Shown here: in pieces, positions 10,814 to 23,100 of the stretch | Numbering within the stretch: position 1 is the first letter of the stretch | Layout of the letters: every line of letters begins with the position of its first letter | Source: Spirochaetia bacterium | Lineage (GTDB): Bacteria > Spirochaetota > Spirochaetia > SZUA-6 > Bin103 | NCBI GenBank assembly: GCA_965198005.1 | Contig: CBDAOI010000002.1 | Coordinates: forward strand, 256,001-320,000 | Direction of reading: 5' to 3' | DNA length: 64,000 nucleotides | Program-made: the position numbers and the translations under genes | The notes under the pieces: generated by a model | Databases searched by the model: none | The model's input: only the letters and a program-made list of their open reading frames with translations | Told to the model about the DNA's origin: nothing

Positions 10814-11532
10814 CGCTCTCGGTCTCTGCCTCGCGACGGCGGGCCCAGGCGCGAACGTTGCCGCCGCAGCAACTGCCCGGCGTCGTCCTTGGTATCCCGC
10901 CCAAACACCTCGCCGTTGAACACCCAGACCTTGACGCCGATCGCGCCCATTGCGGTAAGCGACTCCGCAAAGCCATAGTCGATATCGGCGCGAAACGTGT
11001 GCAGCGGAATCCGTCCTTCCTTGCGCTGCTCGGTGCGGGACATTTCCGAGCCTCCCAGACGGCCGCCGATCCTGATCTTGATGCCCTGCACGCCGGCGCG
11101 CATCGCATTCTGCACCGCCATGTTGAGCGAGCGCCGGAACGATGCCTTGGTCCGCAGTTGCCGCGCCACGTTCATCGCTATCAGTTGCGCGTTGACTTCG
11201 GGCCGGTGGATTTCCTTGATCTTGATCTGAATCTTCTTGCCCACCAGCTTCTGGAGCTTGGCGCCCAGCCGCTCGATGTTGGCTCCCTTGGACCCGATCA
11301 CCACGCCCGGCCGACCGGTGTGGATGATGATCGTGATGCGCTGCGGATGACGAATGATCTCGACGTCCGAAATATCCGACCCACGCGTGTCGGGAGAATG
11401 TTCGATCATGCGGCGCAGCGCCAGATCCTCGTGCAGGGTGGCGGCGTACTCGCGCGGATCGACGAACCACTTCGACTTCCAGGTACGGTTGATTCCGAGC
11501 CGCATGCCGATCGGATTGATCTTCTGCCCCAT
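10807..11532 (-). CDS. rpsC: 30S ribosomal protein S3
   Basis: [37 protein letters not shown]. Confidence 0.98.
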   Translation of the reverse strand: MGQKINPIGMRLGINRTWKSKWFVDPREYAATLHEDLALRRMIEHSPDTRGSDISDVEIIRHPQRITIIIHTGRPGVVIGSKGANIERLGAKLQKLVGKKIQIKIKEIHRPEVNAQLIAMNVARQLRTKASFRRSLNMAVQNAMRAGVQGIKIRIGGRLGGSEMSRTEQRKEGRIPLHTFRADIDYGFAESLTAMGAIGVKVWVFNGEVFGRDTKDDAGQLLRRQRSRLGPPSRGRDRERC

Positions 11533-11537
11533 CGCTT

Positions 11538-11900
11538 CTACTTCGCTCCCGTAAATTCGTCCACCGCTACCAGCACGTGGCACATCCGCTTCGATATACG
11601 ATCGGCCCGGCCACGGCCGCGGATCCGGATGCGCTTCATGCGGGGAGCGTCGTTGACCTCCAGATGGCTGACGTAGAGCACTTCCTCGTCCAACTCCTTG
11701 TTCTGGAGCAACGCGTTGTCAGCCGCCGACTTTACCACTTTGCGCAGCAGCTTCGCACCCTTGTGGGGCAACGCATCCAGCAGCGCCAGCGCCTCCACGT
11801 ACGGCTTGCGCCGAACGTTGTCGGCGATCGCCCGGACCTTGCGCGGCGCCATGCGCAGGTAGCGGCCACTGGCGGTATACCCCTTCTTGGCGTCGATCAT
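11538..11900 (-). CDS. rplV: 50S ribosomal protein L22
   Basis: [29 protein letters not shown]. Confidence 0.96.
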   Translation of the reverse strand: MIDAKKGYTASGRYLRMAPRKVRAIADNVRRKPYVEALALLDALPHKGAKLLRKVVKSAADNALLQNKELDEEVLYVSHLEVNDAPRMKRIRIRGRGRADRISKRMCHVLVAVDEFTGAK

Positions 11901-12178
11901 CGGCGCATCGCCTTGCGATCGGAACCGGCATGGCCGCGGAACACGCGGGTGGGGGCAAACTCGCCGAGCTTGTGGCCGACGAGATTCTCGGTAACGTACA
12001 CCGGAATCCAGGTCTTGCCGTTATAGACCGAGATCGTCAGTCCCACCATTTCCGGGATGATGGTCGAGGTGCGGGAGTAGGTTCTGATCATGCGTCGTTC
12101 GCCCGACCTGTTCATTTCCAGAACGCGCTGGTACAGCTTGCGCGCGATGAACGGCCCCTTCTTTATCGATCGTGCCAT
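11897..12178 (-). CDS. rpsS: 30S ribosomal protein S19
   Basis: [11 protein letters not shown]...[12 protein letters not shown]. Confidence 0.98.
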   Translation of the reverse strand: MARSIKKGPFIARKLYQRVLEMNRSGERRMIRTYSRTSTIIPEMVGLTISVYNGKTWIPVYVTENLVGHKLGEFAPTRVFRGHAGSDRKAMRR

Positions 12179-12186
12179 CCGCTCCT

Positions 12187-13035
12187 CTACTTCCTTCCCT
12201 TCCGTCCCTTCCGGCTCACGATGAACGCGCTCGACGACTTGCGCGGGCTGCGCGTCTTGGCCCCCTTGGTCGGCTTGCCCCACGGCGACACGGGGTGGCG
12301 GCCGCCGGAACTCTTGCCCTCGCCGCCGCCGTGGGGATGATCGTGCGGGTTCATCGCCACGCCGCGCACCTTGGGCCGGCGGCCCAGCCAGCGCGCACGG
12401 CCCGCCTTGCCCAGCGAAACGTTCATGTGGTCCTGGTTGCCCACCTCGCCGATCGACGCCATGCACTTGCGGAACACCAGGCGCACCTCGCCCGACGGCA
12501 GCCGCAGGGTGGCGTAGTCGCCCTCCCGCGCCACCAGCGTGGCGCGGCCGCCGGCGGCGCGCGCCAGCTGGCCGCCGCGGCCGTGCGTGAGCTCCACGTT
12601 GTGGACCGTCATCCCCAGTGGAATGCGCTCCAGCGGCAGGGCGTTGCCCACTTCGATCGGGGCGTCGGGACCGCTCATGACGCTGCGCCCCACGGTAAGG
12701 CCGCGCGGTGCGAGCATGTAGCGCTTGTCACCGTCGACGTAGGAAATCAGCGCCAAGTTGGCGCTGCGGTTGGGGTCGTAGCCGATCGCCACCACCTGGC
12801 CCGGCACCCCCAGCTTGTCGCGCCGGAAGTCGATTACCCGATAGCGCCGCTTGTGCCGGCCGCCGCGCCGGCGCACGCTGATCCGGCCGCCCGCGCCGCG
12901 CCCGGCGCGGTTGCCGAGCGGCTTCAGCAATGACTTGTCGCGACTGTCGCCCTCCAGCTCGCTGAAGTCCAGACCGATCCGGTTGCGGCTGCCCGGGGTG
13001 ATCGCCTTGTTCTTCTTCAGTGGCACTGGACTCAC
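12187..13035 (-). CDS. rplB: 50S ribosomal protein L2
   Basis: [38 protein letters not shown]. Confidence 0.98.
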   Translation of the reverse strand: MSPVPLKKNKAITPGSRNRIGLDFSELEGDSRDKSLLKPLGNRAGRGAGGRISVRRRGGRHKRRYRVIDFRRDKLGVPGQVVAIGYDPNRSANLALISYVDGDKRYMLAPRGLTVGRSVMSGPDAPIEVGNALPLERIPLGMTVHNVELTHGRGGQLARAAGGRATLVAREGDYATLRLPSGEVRLVFRKCMASIGEVGNQDHMNVSLGKAGRARWLGRRPKVRGVAMNPHDHPHGGGEGKSSGGRHPVSPWGKPTKGAKTRSPRKSSSAFIVSRKGRKGRK

Positions 13036-13313
13036 GCTCCCTCGAACACCTGGATGGTATCACCCACGGACAAAGTTACGATCGCTTTTTTCCAGCTCGC
13101 GCGGTGTCCCGGACGATGGCGCACACGCTTGGGCTTGCGTGCGACGTTGACGATGTTGCACTTGACCGGGGTAACCCCGAACACCTCGCGGACGGCGGTG
13201 AGGATCTGGTGCTTGTTGGCGCGCGCGTCGACCTTGAAGGTGTACTTGCGTGCAGTCCGCTGCAGGTTGCTCTTTTCGGTTACCACCGGTTCCAGCAGAA
13301 TGTCCGACCTCAT
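13032..13313 (-). CDS. rplW: 50S ribosomal protein L23
   Basis: [26 protein letters not shown]. Confidence 0.96.
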   Translation of the reverse strand: MRSDILLEPVVTEKSNLQRTARKYTFKVDARANKHQILTAVREVFGVTPVKCNIVNVARKPKRVRHRPGHRASWKKAIVTLSVGDTIQVFEGA

Positions 13314-13945
13314 GCCGTCCCCCGATTCCCGGCCCCGACGGCGAGCCGCTCGGCCACGCCGCGGGTGAGCAGGATCCGCTCGCTGTAGTACAGGTCGTGG
13401 GCGGTCACGGTGTCGTGGGCGCGCAGCCGCAGCCACGGAATGTTGCGCCCGGCGCGCACCAGCAGCTCACTGGCATCCTCGACCAGCCAGACGCTGCGCG
13501 CGCCGCCGGTGATCGGCTCCAGCTGCCCGGCCAGCTCCCCGGTCTTGCCCTGGGTCGAGGTGATACCGTCGACTACGGTCACCCACCCGGCACGCGCCTT
13601 CTGCGTCAGGATGGAGCGCATCGCCAAACGCTTGACCCGGCGTGGCAGCCGATAGCGGTAGCTGCGCGGCGACGGGCCGAAGATCACGCCGCCGCCGGTC
13701 CACAGCGGCGACTTGCGGTCGCCGGCGCGCGCCCGGCCGGTGCCCTTCTGCCGCCACGGCTTGCGGTTGGAGCCGCGCACCTGGGCGCGGGTCTTGGTGG
13801 ACGCCGTGCCCACGCGGCGGTTGGCCAGCTCGTTGCGAATGGCGTGGTAGATGGCACCCTCGCTCACCTCGACGCCGAACACCTCGTCCGCGAGCTCCAG
13901 CTCGCCCTGAGGCCGGCCGCCCGCTCCCACTACGCGTGCCTTCAC
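13310..13945 (-). CDS. rplD: 50S ribosomal protein L4
   Basis: [35 protein letters not shown]. Confidence 0.97.
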   Translation of the reverse strand: MKARVVGAGGRPQGELELADEVFGVEVSEGAIYHAIRNELANRRVGTASTKTRAQVRGSNRKPWRQKGTGRARAGDRKSPLWTGGGVIFGPSPRSYRYRLPRRVKRLAMRSILTQKARAGWVTVVDGITSTQGKTGELAGQLEPITGGARSVWLVEDASELLVRAGRNIPWLRLRAHDTVTAHDLYYSERILLTRGVAERLAVGAGNRGTA

Positions 13946-13953
13946 GTATCCGC

Positions 13954-14637
13954 CTACCCTTCGCCTACTCCGGCACTGAGCGTGACCGCCGCGCCCGCAC
14001 CGGCGCTGCGCAGGGCCGGCCGGCGGGTCCTGGTGCTGGTTACCAGCACCAGAGTGCCGCGCGCGCCCGGACACGGTCCGCCGAGCATCAGCAACCGCTT
14101 GTCCGCGTCGATCCCGAACAGGCGCAGGTTGTGGACCGTGGCGCCGATGCCCCCCATGCGTCCCGGCATCCGTTTGCCCTTGAACACCTTGGAAGGACTC
14201 GCCGACTGGCCGGTCGAACCGGGCGCCCGATGGAACTTGGAGCCATGGGTCTTGTTGCCGCCGGAGAATCCGTGGCGCTTCATGACCCCCTGGTACCCCT
14301 TGCCTTTGGAGGTGGCGCGGACGTCGACCCGCGTGTCGTCCGCGAACAGCTCCACCCCGATAGTCTCCCCGACCGCCGGCGCGTCGGTAAAGTCGCGCAC
14401 CTCGAACAGATGCCGGGTGGGCGTGATGCCGCGGAACTGGCCGAGATACGGCTTGGTCATCCGCCGGCGCCGGGCAACACCCTGACCGAGCACGACCGCC
14501 GAGTACCCGTCCCGCTCGAGCGTGCGGTGCGCAACCACCAGGTTTGGCTCCACCTCGATCAAGGTGGCGGGAAACAGCGATCCGTCCTCGGCGAAGAACT
14601 GGGTCATTCCCAGTTTGCGGCCAAGCAACGCCTTCAC
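13954..14637 (-). CDS. rplC: 50S ribosomal protein L3
   Basis: [31 protein letters not shown]. Confidence 0.97.
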   Translation of the reverse strand: MKALLGRKLGMTQFFAEDGSLFPATLIEVEPNLVVAHRTLERDGYSAVVLGQGVARRRRMTKPYLGQFRGITPTRHLFEVRDFTDAPAVGETIGVELFADDTRVDVRATSKGKGYQGVMKRHGFSGGNKTHGSKFHRAPGSTGQSASPSKVFKGKRMPGRMGGIGATVHNLRLFGIDADKRLLMLGGPCPGARGTLVLVTSTRTRRPALRSAGAGAAVTLSAGVGEG

Positions 14638-14942
14638 TGCTTGATCTCCACGTCCACGCCGGCCGGCAACTCGAGCTTCATCAGAGCGTCCATCACCGCC
14701 GAGGTGGGCTCGAGGATGTCGATCAGCCGCTTGTGCGTGCGCATCTCGAACTGCTCGCGCGACTTCTTGTTGACGTGCGGCGACCGCAGCACCGTGTACT
14801 TGTTGATACGCGTCGGCAACGGGATCGGCCCCGATACGTGAGAGCCCGCCTTCTCGACGGTTTGCACGATGGCCTTGGAGCTCTGGTCGATCAACTCCAC
14901 ATCGAAACCGCGCAGGCGTACGCGAATACGGTCAATTGCCAT
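14634..14942 (-). CDS. rpsJ: 30S ribosomal protein S10
   Basis: [31 protein letters not shown]. Confidence 0.98.
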   Translation of the reverse strand: MAIDRIRVRLRGFDVELIDQSSKAIVQTVEKAGSHVSGPIPLPTRINKYTVLRSPHVNKKSREQFEMRTHKRLIDILEPTSAVMDALMKLELPAGVDVEIKQ

Positions 14943-14967
14943 GGCGACGCGCTCCAGACCTCTCGAT

Positions 14968-16158
14968 CTACTCGATGATTTCGGTAACGGTGCCGGCACC
15001 GACGGTGCGGCCACCTTCACGAATGGCGAACCGCACGCCCTGTTCCACCGCGATCGTGTTGATCAACTCGATGGTCAGTTCGGTGGTGTCTCCCGGCATC
15101 ACCATCTCCTTGCCCTCGGGCAACGAAACAGAGCCCGTGATGTCCGTGGTCCGGAAGTAGAATTGCGGCCGATAGCCGGTGAAGAACGGCGAGTGGCGCC
15201 CGCCCTCTTCGCGCGTCAGCGCGTAGACCGTGGCCCGCATCTTGTTGTGCGGCGTAATCGATCCGGGCTTGGCCAGCACCTGCCCGCGCTCGACCTCCTT
15301 GCGCTCGACCCCGCGCAGCAGCGCACCGATGTTGTCTCCCGCCTCCCCGGAATCGAGGATCTTGTTGAACATCTCCACCCCGGTCACCACCGTGCGGCGG
15401 GTCTCCCGGATGCCGACGATCTCGACGTTCTCGCCGGTCTTGATGGTGCCACGGTCCACCCGGCCGGTCACGACGGTGCCACGGCCCGCGATCGAGAACA
15501 CGTCTTCGATCGGCATCAGGAACGGCAGGTCCACCTCGCGCTCGGGAAGCGGGACGTAGGAGTCCATCGCCTCCAGCAACTCGACCACCGTGGTGTTCGC
15601 GTCGGCGTCCCCGGGGTTCTCCAGGGCATGCAACGCCGATCCCAGGATGATCGGAATCTCCTCGCCGGGAAACTCGTACTCGTTGAGGACGTCCTTGACC
15701 TCCTCTTCCACCAGTTCCAGCAACTCCTCGTCGTCGATCTGGTCGGTCTTGTTGATGTACACGACGATCGACGGCACCTGCACCTGGCGCGCCAGCAGAA
15801 CATGCTCGCGCGTCTGCGGCATTACCGAGTCGGGCGCCGACACCACCAGCACCGCACCATCCATCTGCGCGGCGCCGGTAATCATGTTCTTGATGTAGTC
15901 GGCGTGCCCCGGACAGTCGACGTGGGCGTAATGCCGGTTATCGGTCTGGTACTCGACGTGCCGGGTGTTGATGGTGATACCGCGCGCCTTCTCCTCAGGT
16001 GCGTTGTCGATGTCCTCATACTTCATCAACTTGTCCCCGTACTTGGCGTTGCAGTACTGGGTGATCGCTGCGGTGAGGGTGGTCTTGCCGTGGTCGACGT
16101 GGCCGATGGTGCCCACGTTGACGTGCGGTTTGGTACGCTCGAATTTTGCCTTGGCCAT
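14968..16158 (-). CDS. tuf: Elongation factor Tu
   Basis: [34 protein letters not shown]. Confidence 0.99.
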   Translation of the reverse strand: MAKAKFERTKPHVNVGTIGHVDHGKTTLTAAITQYCNAKYGDKLMKYEDIDNAPEEKARGITINTRHVEYQTDNRHYAHVDCPGHADYIKNMITGAAQMDGAVLVVSAPDSVMPQTREHVLLARQVQVPSIVVYINKTDQIDDEELLELVEEEVKDVLNEYEFPGEEIPIILGSALHALENPGDADANTTVVELLEAMDSYVPLPEREVDLPFLMPIEDVFSIAGRGTVVTGRVDRGTIKTGENVEIVGIRETRRTVVTGVEMFNKILDSGEAGDNIGALLRGVERKEVERGQVLAKPGSITPHNKMRATVYALTREEGGRHSPFFTGYRPQFYFRTTDITGSVSLPEGKEMVMPGDTTELTIELINTIAVEQGVRFAIREGGRTVGAGTVTEIIE

Positions 16159-16194
16159 TGCTTATCCTCCTGCTCTACGATCGGCCGTTTTCAT

Positions 16195-18288
16195 TCATGC
16201 GGTGGCGAGGCGTTCCGAGGTGCACGCGACAATCTCGAGCTGCACCGCCTTGGACGCAGCTTCGTACGCCGCGAACTGCATGGTATGGGTGGCGCGGCCA
16301 CGTGTCATGGAGCGCAAATCGGTAACATAACCGAACATCTTGCGCAACGGTACCCGCGCTTTTACCGTCTTGCCGCCAAATACGTCCTCAATGCCCTGCA
16401 CGTGACCGGTGCGGGCGCTCAGATTCGAGATCACGTCGCCGAGACACTCCTCGGGACAGTGCACCTCCACTGCCATGATCGGCTCCAGCAACCGTGGCCC
16501 CGCCTTCGTCACCCCGTCGCGATACGCCATGCTGGCGGCGATGCGAAACGACTGCTCGCTGGAATCGACCTCATGATGGGAGCCGTCGAGGAGGATAGCA
16601 CGGAAGTCCACCGTTGGATAACCGGCCAGCACCCCGACCTCCATCGCCTCTTCAATGCCGCGCTGGACCGCTGGAATATAATCCTTCGGCACGCGGCCGC
16701 CAACCACCTTGCTGTCGAACAGGAATCCGGCACCGGTGGGGAGCGGCTCGAACTGCAGCTCGACGTGCGCGAACTGGCCATGGCCGCCGGTCTGACGCAC
16801 GAACTTGGTCACGACGTGAGCGCGGCGGCTGATGGTCTCCCGGTACGCTACCTCCGGGGCGCCGATGTTGGCCGCCACGCCCCACTCCCGGAACAGCCGG
16901 GCGGTCAGCACCTCCAGGTGCAACTCTCCCATCCCCGACATGATGGTCTGCCCGGTCTCGTGGTCGACCCGCACCTGGAACGTGGGGTCTTCATCCGAAA
17001 GCTTGCCGAGGGCTAAGCCCAGACGGTCGGAGTCCTGTTTCGACTTGGGTTCGATGGCGATGGAAACGACCGGCTCGGGGAACACCATCGATTCGAGGAT
17101 TATCGGATCGTCCTGCGCGCACAGGGTATCGCCGGTGGTGGTGCGGCGCAGCCCCACGGCCGCCACGATCTCGCCGGTGCGGGCATCGCCGATCTCTTCG
17201 CGCCGGTTGGCGTGCATCCGCAGCAGACGGGTAACCCGCTCGCGATTGTCCGCCGACGAGTTGTACACGTAGGAGCCGGCACTGAGGACGCCGGAATAGA
17301 TGCGGAAATAGGTCAGCCGCCCCACGAACGGGTCGGTCGCCACCTTGAATGCCAGCGCCGACAGGCTCTCCGCGTCGCCGGGCGCACGCTCGATGTAGTC
17401 GCCGGTGCTCGGCACGATGCCGGTAACGGGCGGCTTCTCCGCCGGTGACGGCAGGTAGTCGACCACCGCGTCGAGCAGGAGCTGAATACCCTTGTTCTTG
17501 AACGCGCTCCCGCACAGGACCGGGAAAATCTCGCCCGCCACCGCATGCCGGCGCAGTGCGGCCTTGACCTGGGCCGCGGTCACCGGTTCGCCGCCGAGGT
17601 AGCTCTCCATGAACGCGTCATCCAGGTCGGCCAGCCGCTCCAGCAGCTCGGTGCGGGCCCGTTCGACCTCCGACGCGCACGCGGCCGGCACCTCCGCCAC
17701 GCGGTAGGCGGTGCCGAAATCGGCCTCCTCCCAGGTGATGAGGCGCGGTTCGACCAGATCGATCACGCTGTTGAACGTGGGGCCGGCGGTGGTGGGGAGC
17801 TGGATCGCCACCGCGTTCGCGCCCAGCTTGGCGTGCAGCTCCTCCACGCACGTGGCGAAGTCGGCCCCGATCCGATCCATCTTGTTGACGAACACGAGCC
17901 GCGGCACGCCGTGGGTGTTGGCCTGCTTCCAGACGGTCTCGCTCTGCGGCTCGACGCCGGCCACCGCGCAGAACACCGCGACCGCGCCGTCGAGCACACG
18001 CAACGAGCGCTCCACCTCCACGGTGAAGTCGACGTGCCCCGGCGTATCGATGATGTTCACCGCGTGGGAACGCCAGTCGCAGTTGGTGGCGGCCGCGGTA
18101 ATCGTGATGCCGCGTTCCTTCTCAAGCTCCATCCAGTCCATCTCGGCCTGGCCGTCGTGCACTTCTCCCAGCTTGTGCTTGCGGCCGGTGTAGTACAGGA
18201 TCCGCTCGGTGGTGGTGGTCTTGCCGGCGTCTATGTGCGCCATGATCCCGATGTTGCGGGTGTGTCGTAAACGGTGGTTTTCGTCCAT
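16195..18288 (-). CDS. fusA: Elongation factor G
   Basis: [40 protein letters not shown]. Confidence 0.97.
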   Translation of the reverse strand: MDENHRLRHTRNIGIMAHIDAGKTTTTERILYYTGRKHKLGEVHDGQAEMDWMELEKERGITITAAATNCDWRSHAVNIIDTPGHVDFTVEVERSLRVLDGAVAVFCAVAGVEPQSETVWKQANTHGVPRLVFVNKMDRIGADFATCVEELHAKLGANAVAIQLPTTAGPTFNSVIDLVEPRLITWEEADFGTAYRVAEVPAACASEVERARTELLERLADLDDAFMESYLGGEPVTAAQVKAALRRHAVAGEIFPVLCGSAFKNKGIQLLLDAVVDYLPSPAEKPPVTGIVPSTGDYIERAPGDAESLSALAFKVATDPFVGRLTYFRIYSGVLSAGSYVYNSSADNRERVTRLLRMHANRREEIGDARTGEIVAAVGLRRTTTGDTLCAQDDPIILESMVFPEPVVSIAIEPKSKQDSDRLGLALGKLSDEDPTFQVRVDHETGQTIMSGMGELHLEVLTARLFREWGVAANIGAPEVAYRETISRRAHVVTKFVRQTGGHGQFAHVELQFEPLPTGAGFLFDSKVVGGRVPKDYIPAVQRGIEEAMEVGVLAGYPTVDFRAILLDGSHHEVDSSEQSFRIAASMAYRDGVTKAGPRLLEPIMAVEVHCPEECLGDVISNLSARTGHVQGIEDVFGGKTVKARVPLRKMFGYVTDLRSMTRGRATHTMQFAAYEAASKAVQLEIVACTSERLATA

Positions 18289-18335
18289 AGGAGTCAGTCG
18301 GCAGTCAGGCGCTGGTCACGGCATGCAACGGCCGT

Positions 18336-18806
18336 TCACCAGCGATAGTGGGCGAAGGCCTTGTTGGCCTCCGCCATGCGGTGAGTGTCTTCTTTCTTCT
18401 TGACCGCGGCCCCGGTCTCGTTGAACGCGTCCATCAGCTCGGCGCCGAGACCGGCGGTCATGGCGCGCCCGCGGCGCTGCTTGGCGTACTGTATGAGCCA
18501 GCGGATGGCCAAAGCGTCGCGGCGCGCCTCACGCACCTCGACCGGCACTTGGTAGGTGGAGCCGCCTACCCGGCGCGACTTCACTTCCAGCATCGGCTTC
18601 ACGTTCTCCACCGCCTTGAGGAACACCTCGAGCGGTTGCCGCTTCATGCGCTTCTCGATCAGGTCGAACGACTCGTAGAGGGTGCGCGCCGCCGTGGACC
18701 GCTTGCCCCGGCTCATCATTGCATTGATGAACTTGCCGACGATGACGTTCCGGTACTTGGGATCGACCGGCTCGGGGCGCTTCCTGGTGTTGCCTCGACG
18801 TGACAT
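18336..18806 (-). CDS. rpsG: 30S ribosomal protein S7
   Basis: [30 protein letters not shown]. Confidence 0.98.
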   Translation of the reverse strand: MSRRGNTRKRPEPVDPKYRNVIVGKFINAMMSRGKRSTAARTLYESFDLIEKRMKRQPLEVFLKAVENVKPMLEVKSRRVGGSTYQVPVEVREARRDALAIRWLIQYAKQRRGRAMTAGLGAELMDAFNETGAAVKKKEDTHRMAEANKAFAHYRW

Positions 18807-18812
18807 GTCGCT

Positions 18813-19187
<375 letters not shown>

Positions 19188-19368
19188 TATCCTCTGTCCT
19201 CCACTGCACCCCGGCTGCCTGCCGCATACGACGGCTACCTGCCGCACACAACCCGCGACTCACCCACGGTCAGGGCCGTTGTTCGTTGGTATCGGGGAAG
19301 GCGCCCCGGCGACGACGCCGGCGCCGCACCGAGCATCGGCAATCCGCCGGTGCCAGAGCGCAGGGGTA

Positions 19369-19397
19369 AAGCTAATTCACCACGCCGGGAAGGTCAA
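19369..19397 (-). promoter_or_regulatory. Sigma70-type promoter of the str operon
   Basis: TTGACC-N17-TAGCTT about 180 nt upstream of rpsL. Confidence 0.65.
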
Positions 19398-19603
19398 CCA
19401 CCCGGGCACGAATTTCCCACAGATTCTTGGCCCGCACGCCGTGGGGCGCCGGTGGCCTGCTTGATGGGGCGGCGAGCATCGTCGAATCCGTCCGGAAGCT
19501 GTATGCCCAGCGTGCCAACCTTCCAAACCCAGGGGGGGGGGGCCATAAACGTCTCGCCTGCCATTGCCCCTCCCGCCCGCGGTCCCGTACCTTGTGCTCA
19601 GCC

Positions 19604-19672
19604 ATGTTCGTCCGCCGCAACCAAATCCGCGCTACCGCCAACGGCGAACGCTACGTCACCCATCGCCTGGTC
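19604..19672 (+). mobile_element. IS1634-like transposase N-terminal stub
   Basis: MFVRRNQIRATANGERYVTHRLV resembles IS1634-family transposase starts; similarity stops after 23 codons; TTGCCC-N18-TACCTT upstream. Confidence 0.5.
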
Positions 19673-19817
19673 TTACGCTCGCGCTCGCCGAGGTGCCGCG
19701 CGCGATCGAGCGGGAAGCACACCGCATGCGGTTGACCAGTTTGGAGACAAGAGTAGTGCCACTCGCCAAACTCAGATCGGCTAACTCATTCACCTGTAGC
19801 AAGATAGATCCTAGCCC

Positions 19818-20004
19818 GTAGAGTCAAGGAGAGGCGCGCCTGCTGTAGGTGAAGGGAGTAGCTGTTGCCGGCGGCTTTCGCCATGCGCCGGTGCCTCAGT
19901 CTCCGCCATAGCCACGTTTCGTCTCCCCGCTCATCGAACCGGGCGTGCGGTTTTCCCGCACCCGGCTCTCGGACGAGATCATGCCTTCGCCCACGAAAAG
20001 CTCA
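19818..20004 (-). mobile_element. Group II intron 3' remnant (end of the intron-encoded ORF, domain V, domain VI, 3' end)
   Basis: Domain V GAGCCGGGTGCGGGAAAACCGCACGCCCGGTTC (19968-19936, AGC triad), then GATGAGCGGGG, a long domain VI and terminal TTGACTCTAC; preceded by ...FSWAKA-stop. Confidence 0.88.
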
Positions 20005-20180
20005 CACGTCGCCGACCGGCTGACGCCACCATCAGCCGGCTACCTGCTGGGCACGGACAACCTCGGGCGCGACAGCACGTGTACGTCACGGCCGCGGTCA
20101 CCATCGGGGTGAACATGTTCGGCGACGCCTTGAGAGACGTGCTCGACCCCCGCTTGCGAGGCGGCGCGGGCCGCTACTGA
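20005..20180 (+). pseudogene. Internally deleted DppC/OppC peptide ABC permease remnant
   Basis: HVADRLTPPSAGYLLGTDNLGRD joined out of frame to VTIGVNMFGDALRDVLDPRLRG-stop. Confidence 0.8.
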
Positions 20181-20184
20181 GTAG

Positions 20185-23100
20185 CTATGAGACCTCCTCC
20201 GGCGGCGCCTCCGCGGCAGGTGCCGGCGCGACCGCGGCCGGCGCGACCGCGGCCGGCTCGACCAGTTCGGCCTCGTCGAACGCCTCGTCGTATTCCTGCT
20301 CCTGCGCCTCGCGCGCCAACTCCTCCTGGCGCCGCTGCTCCAGGATGTGCTGGATCTTGACGTCCAGGTTCTCCATGTTCTCGTCGAACAGCTTGACGTC
20401 CCGATACTGGCGCATGCCGGTCCCGGCGGGGATCAGGTGGCCGATGATCACGTTCTCCTTGAGCCCGCTCAACCGGTCGGAGGAGCCCGCAATCGAGGAA
20501 TTGGTCAGGACCCGGGTGGTCTCCTGGAACGACGCCGCCGAAATGAAGGAGTCGATGTTCAACGACGCGCGCGTGATGCCGAGCAGCAGGGGCTGCGCCA
20601 CCGCGGGCTGGCCCCCCTCGCGGATCACCTTGCGGTTCTCCTCCTGGAACCGGTGGCGGTCGACCTGCTCGCCGTAGATGAAGGACGTGTCCCCCACCCC
20701 GACGATCTCGATCTTCTTCATCATCTGGCGAATGATCACGCCGATGTGCTTGTCGTTGATCTTGACGCCCTGCAGCCGGTATACCTCCTGGACCTCGTTC
20801 ACCAGGTAGCTCTGCAACTCGTTCTCGCCCAGGATCTGAAGAATGTCATGCGGATCGATGTTGCCGTCGCACAGCAACTCGCCCGCTTCCACGGTGTCGC
20901 CGTCGCGCACCAGCAGGTGCTTGCCCATCGGCACCGCGTGCTTGTATTCCTTGTCGAACGGGTCGATGACGCCGATCACCCGCTTGCTCTTGGAGATCCC
21001 CTTGAACTTTACGATACCGCCGATCTTGGCCAGCACCGCCGGTGACTTCGGGCGCCGCGCCTCGAACAGCTCGCCCACGCGCGGCAGACCGCCGGTGATG
21101 TCGCGCGTCTTGATGCTCTCCTTCAGCAGCTTGGCCACCACCCGGCCGGCGGTCACCTCCTCGCCGTCGTCGACGTTCAGGTAGGCCTGCCCCGGCAGGT
21201 AGTAGGTGGCCAACTCGTCGCCCTCGTCGCCGATCACGCTGAGCCGCGGCTGCAGTGACTCCAGGGGAAACTCGGTAATCTTCTTCTCGATCTTGCCGGT
21301 GTCTTCGTTGATCTCCTCGTTCAGGGTGGTGCCGAGCACGATGTCCTCGAACTGCACGCGGCCGGCGACCTCGGCAATGATCGGCTCTGCGAACGGGTCG
21401 AAGTAGGCGATGGTCTCGTCCGCCGGCACCACCTGACCGGTCTGCACCAGCAGCTCGGAGCCGTTGCGCACGTCGACCCGTTTGGGCTGGGCGATAATCA
21501 GCACCTCGTCGCCGTGGAAGAAGATGAAACCCACGTCCTGGGCCGGGATCGGGGCGCCGTCGCGGTCGATGATCGGCACGTCCTTGAGCACCTGCTGGCC
21601 GTCGGTCACCGCCACCCGGTCGCCCGGCCGGCGCGGGATCCGCTGGATCACCTTGTTCACGACCAGATAGCCCTTGCGGCTGAACAGCAGATTGCCGTTG
21701 TCGCGCGTCACGGTAGTGCCGTGGATCTCGCGCACGTACACCGGGTAGCGCAGGTAGATCCGGTTTTCTTCACTCACCTGAGTCGCTGCGCCGCCGATGT
21801 GGAAGGTGCGCATGGTGAGCTGGGTGCCCGGGTGGCCGATCGACTGCGCGGCGATGATGCCGACCGCCTCGCCGATCTCCACGGGGCGATTGTTGGCCAA
21901 GTTGCGACCATAGCACTTCTGGCACACGCCGCGCTTGGACTCGCAGGTCAGCACGGTGCGGATGCGCACCGTCTCGACGCCGATGCGCTCGATCAGCTCG
22001 GCAACCTCGTCACTAACGTCCTCGTTGACGTCGACCAGAATCTCGCCGGTAATCGGGTGGCGCACGCGCTCGAGGGTAAACCGTCCCGCAATGCGCTCGC
22101 GCAGCGCCTCGACCACCTCCTCCCCATCCTTGATCGCGCTGTGGTCGATGCCGTTGATGGTGCCGCAGTCGATCTCGTTCACCACCACGTCCTGCGCGAT
22201 GTCGACCAGCCGCCGGGTCAGATAGCCCGCGTCCGCGGTCTTGAGCGCGGTGTCGGCCAGTCCCTTGCGGGCGCCGTTGGTGGAGATGAAGAACTCGGTG
22301 ACGTCGAGCCCCTCCTTGAAGCTGGAGCGAATCGGCAGCTCGATGATGTCGCCGGACGGCTTGGCCATCAGGCCGCGCATGCCGGCGAGCTGACGGATCT
22401 GGCTGCGGCTGCCGCGGGCGCCCGAGTTGGCCATCATGTGCACCGGGTTGAAGCCGTGCTTGTCCGCCTCCAGCTCCTTCATCAACTCGTCGGTCAGATC
22501 GTCGTTGGTGGTGCTCCACACCTCGATGACGCGGTTGTAGCGCTCCTCGTTGGTGATGTGCCCTTGCAGATACTGGTTGTGGATCTGCTCCACCTTCTCG
22601 TTGGCCGCGCTGATCATCTGCCCCTTGGCGTCGGGAACGATGATGTCGTCCATGCCGATGGTGGCCCCGAACCTGGTCGCGAACCGGAACCCGAGCTCCT
22701 TGATCGAGTCGAGCATCTCGACGGTAACCTGCGGACCGTGCTCCTGATAGCACTGTGCGATCAGGTCGCGCAGGCCCTTCTCGTTGAGCGGCTCGTTGAT
22801 GTAGTCCAGCGCGTCCGGCAGCTCGTCGTTGAGAATGACCCGGCCCGGGGTGGTTTCGGTGTTGCCGTTGCCGCCGTTCAGACGCACGTGGATGCGGGCG
22901 TTGTAGTCGACGCTGCGGGCATCGATCGCCATCAGCACCTCGTTCGGGCCGGAGAAGTAGCGGCCCTCGCCCTTGGCGCCGGGCTTTACCAGCGTGAGGT
23001 AGTTGATGCCCAGCACCATGTCCTGGGTCGGCACCACGATCGGGGAGCCGTTGGCCGGATTGAGGAGATTCTGGGAGGAGAGCATCAGGGTCCAGCACTC

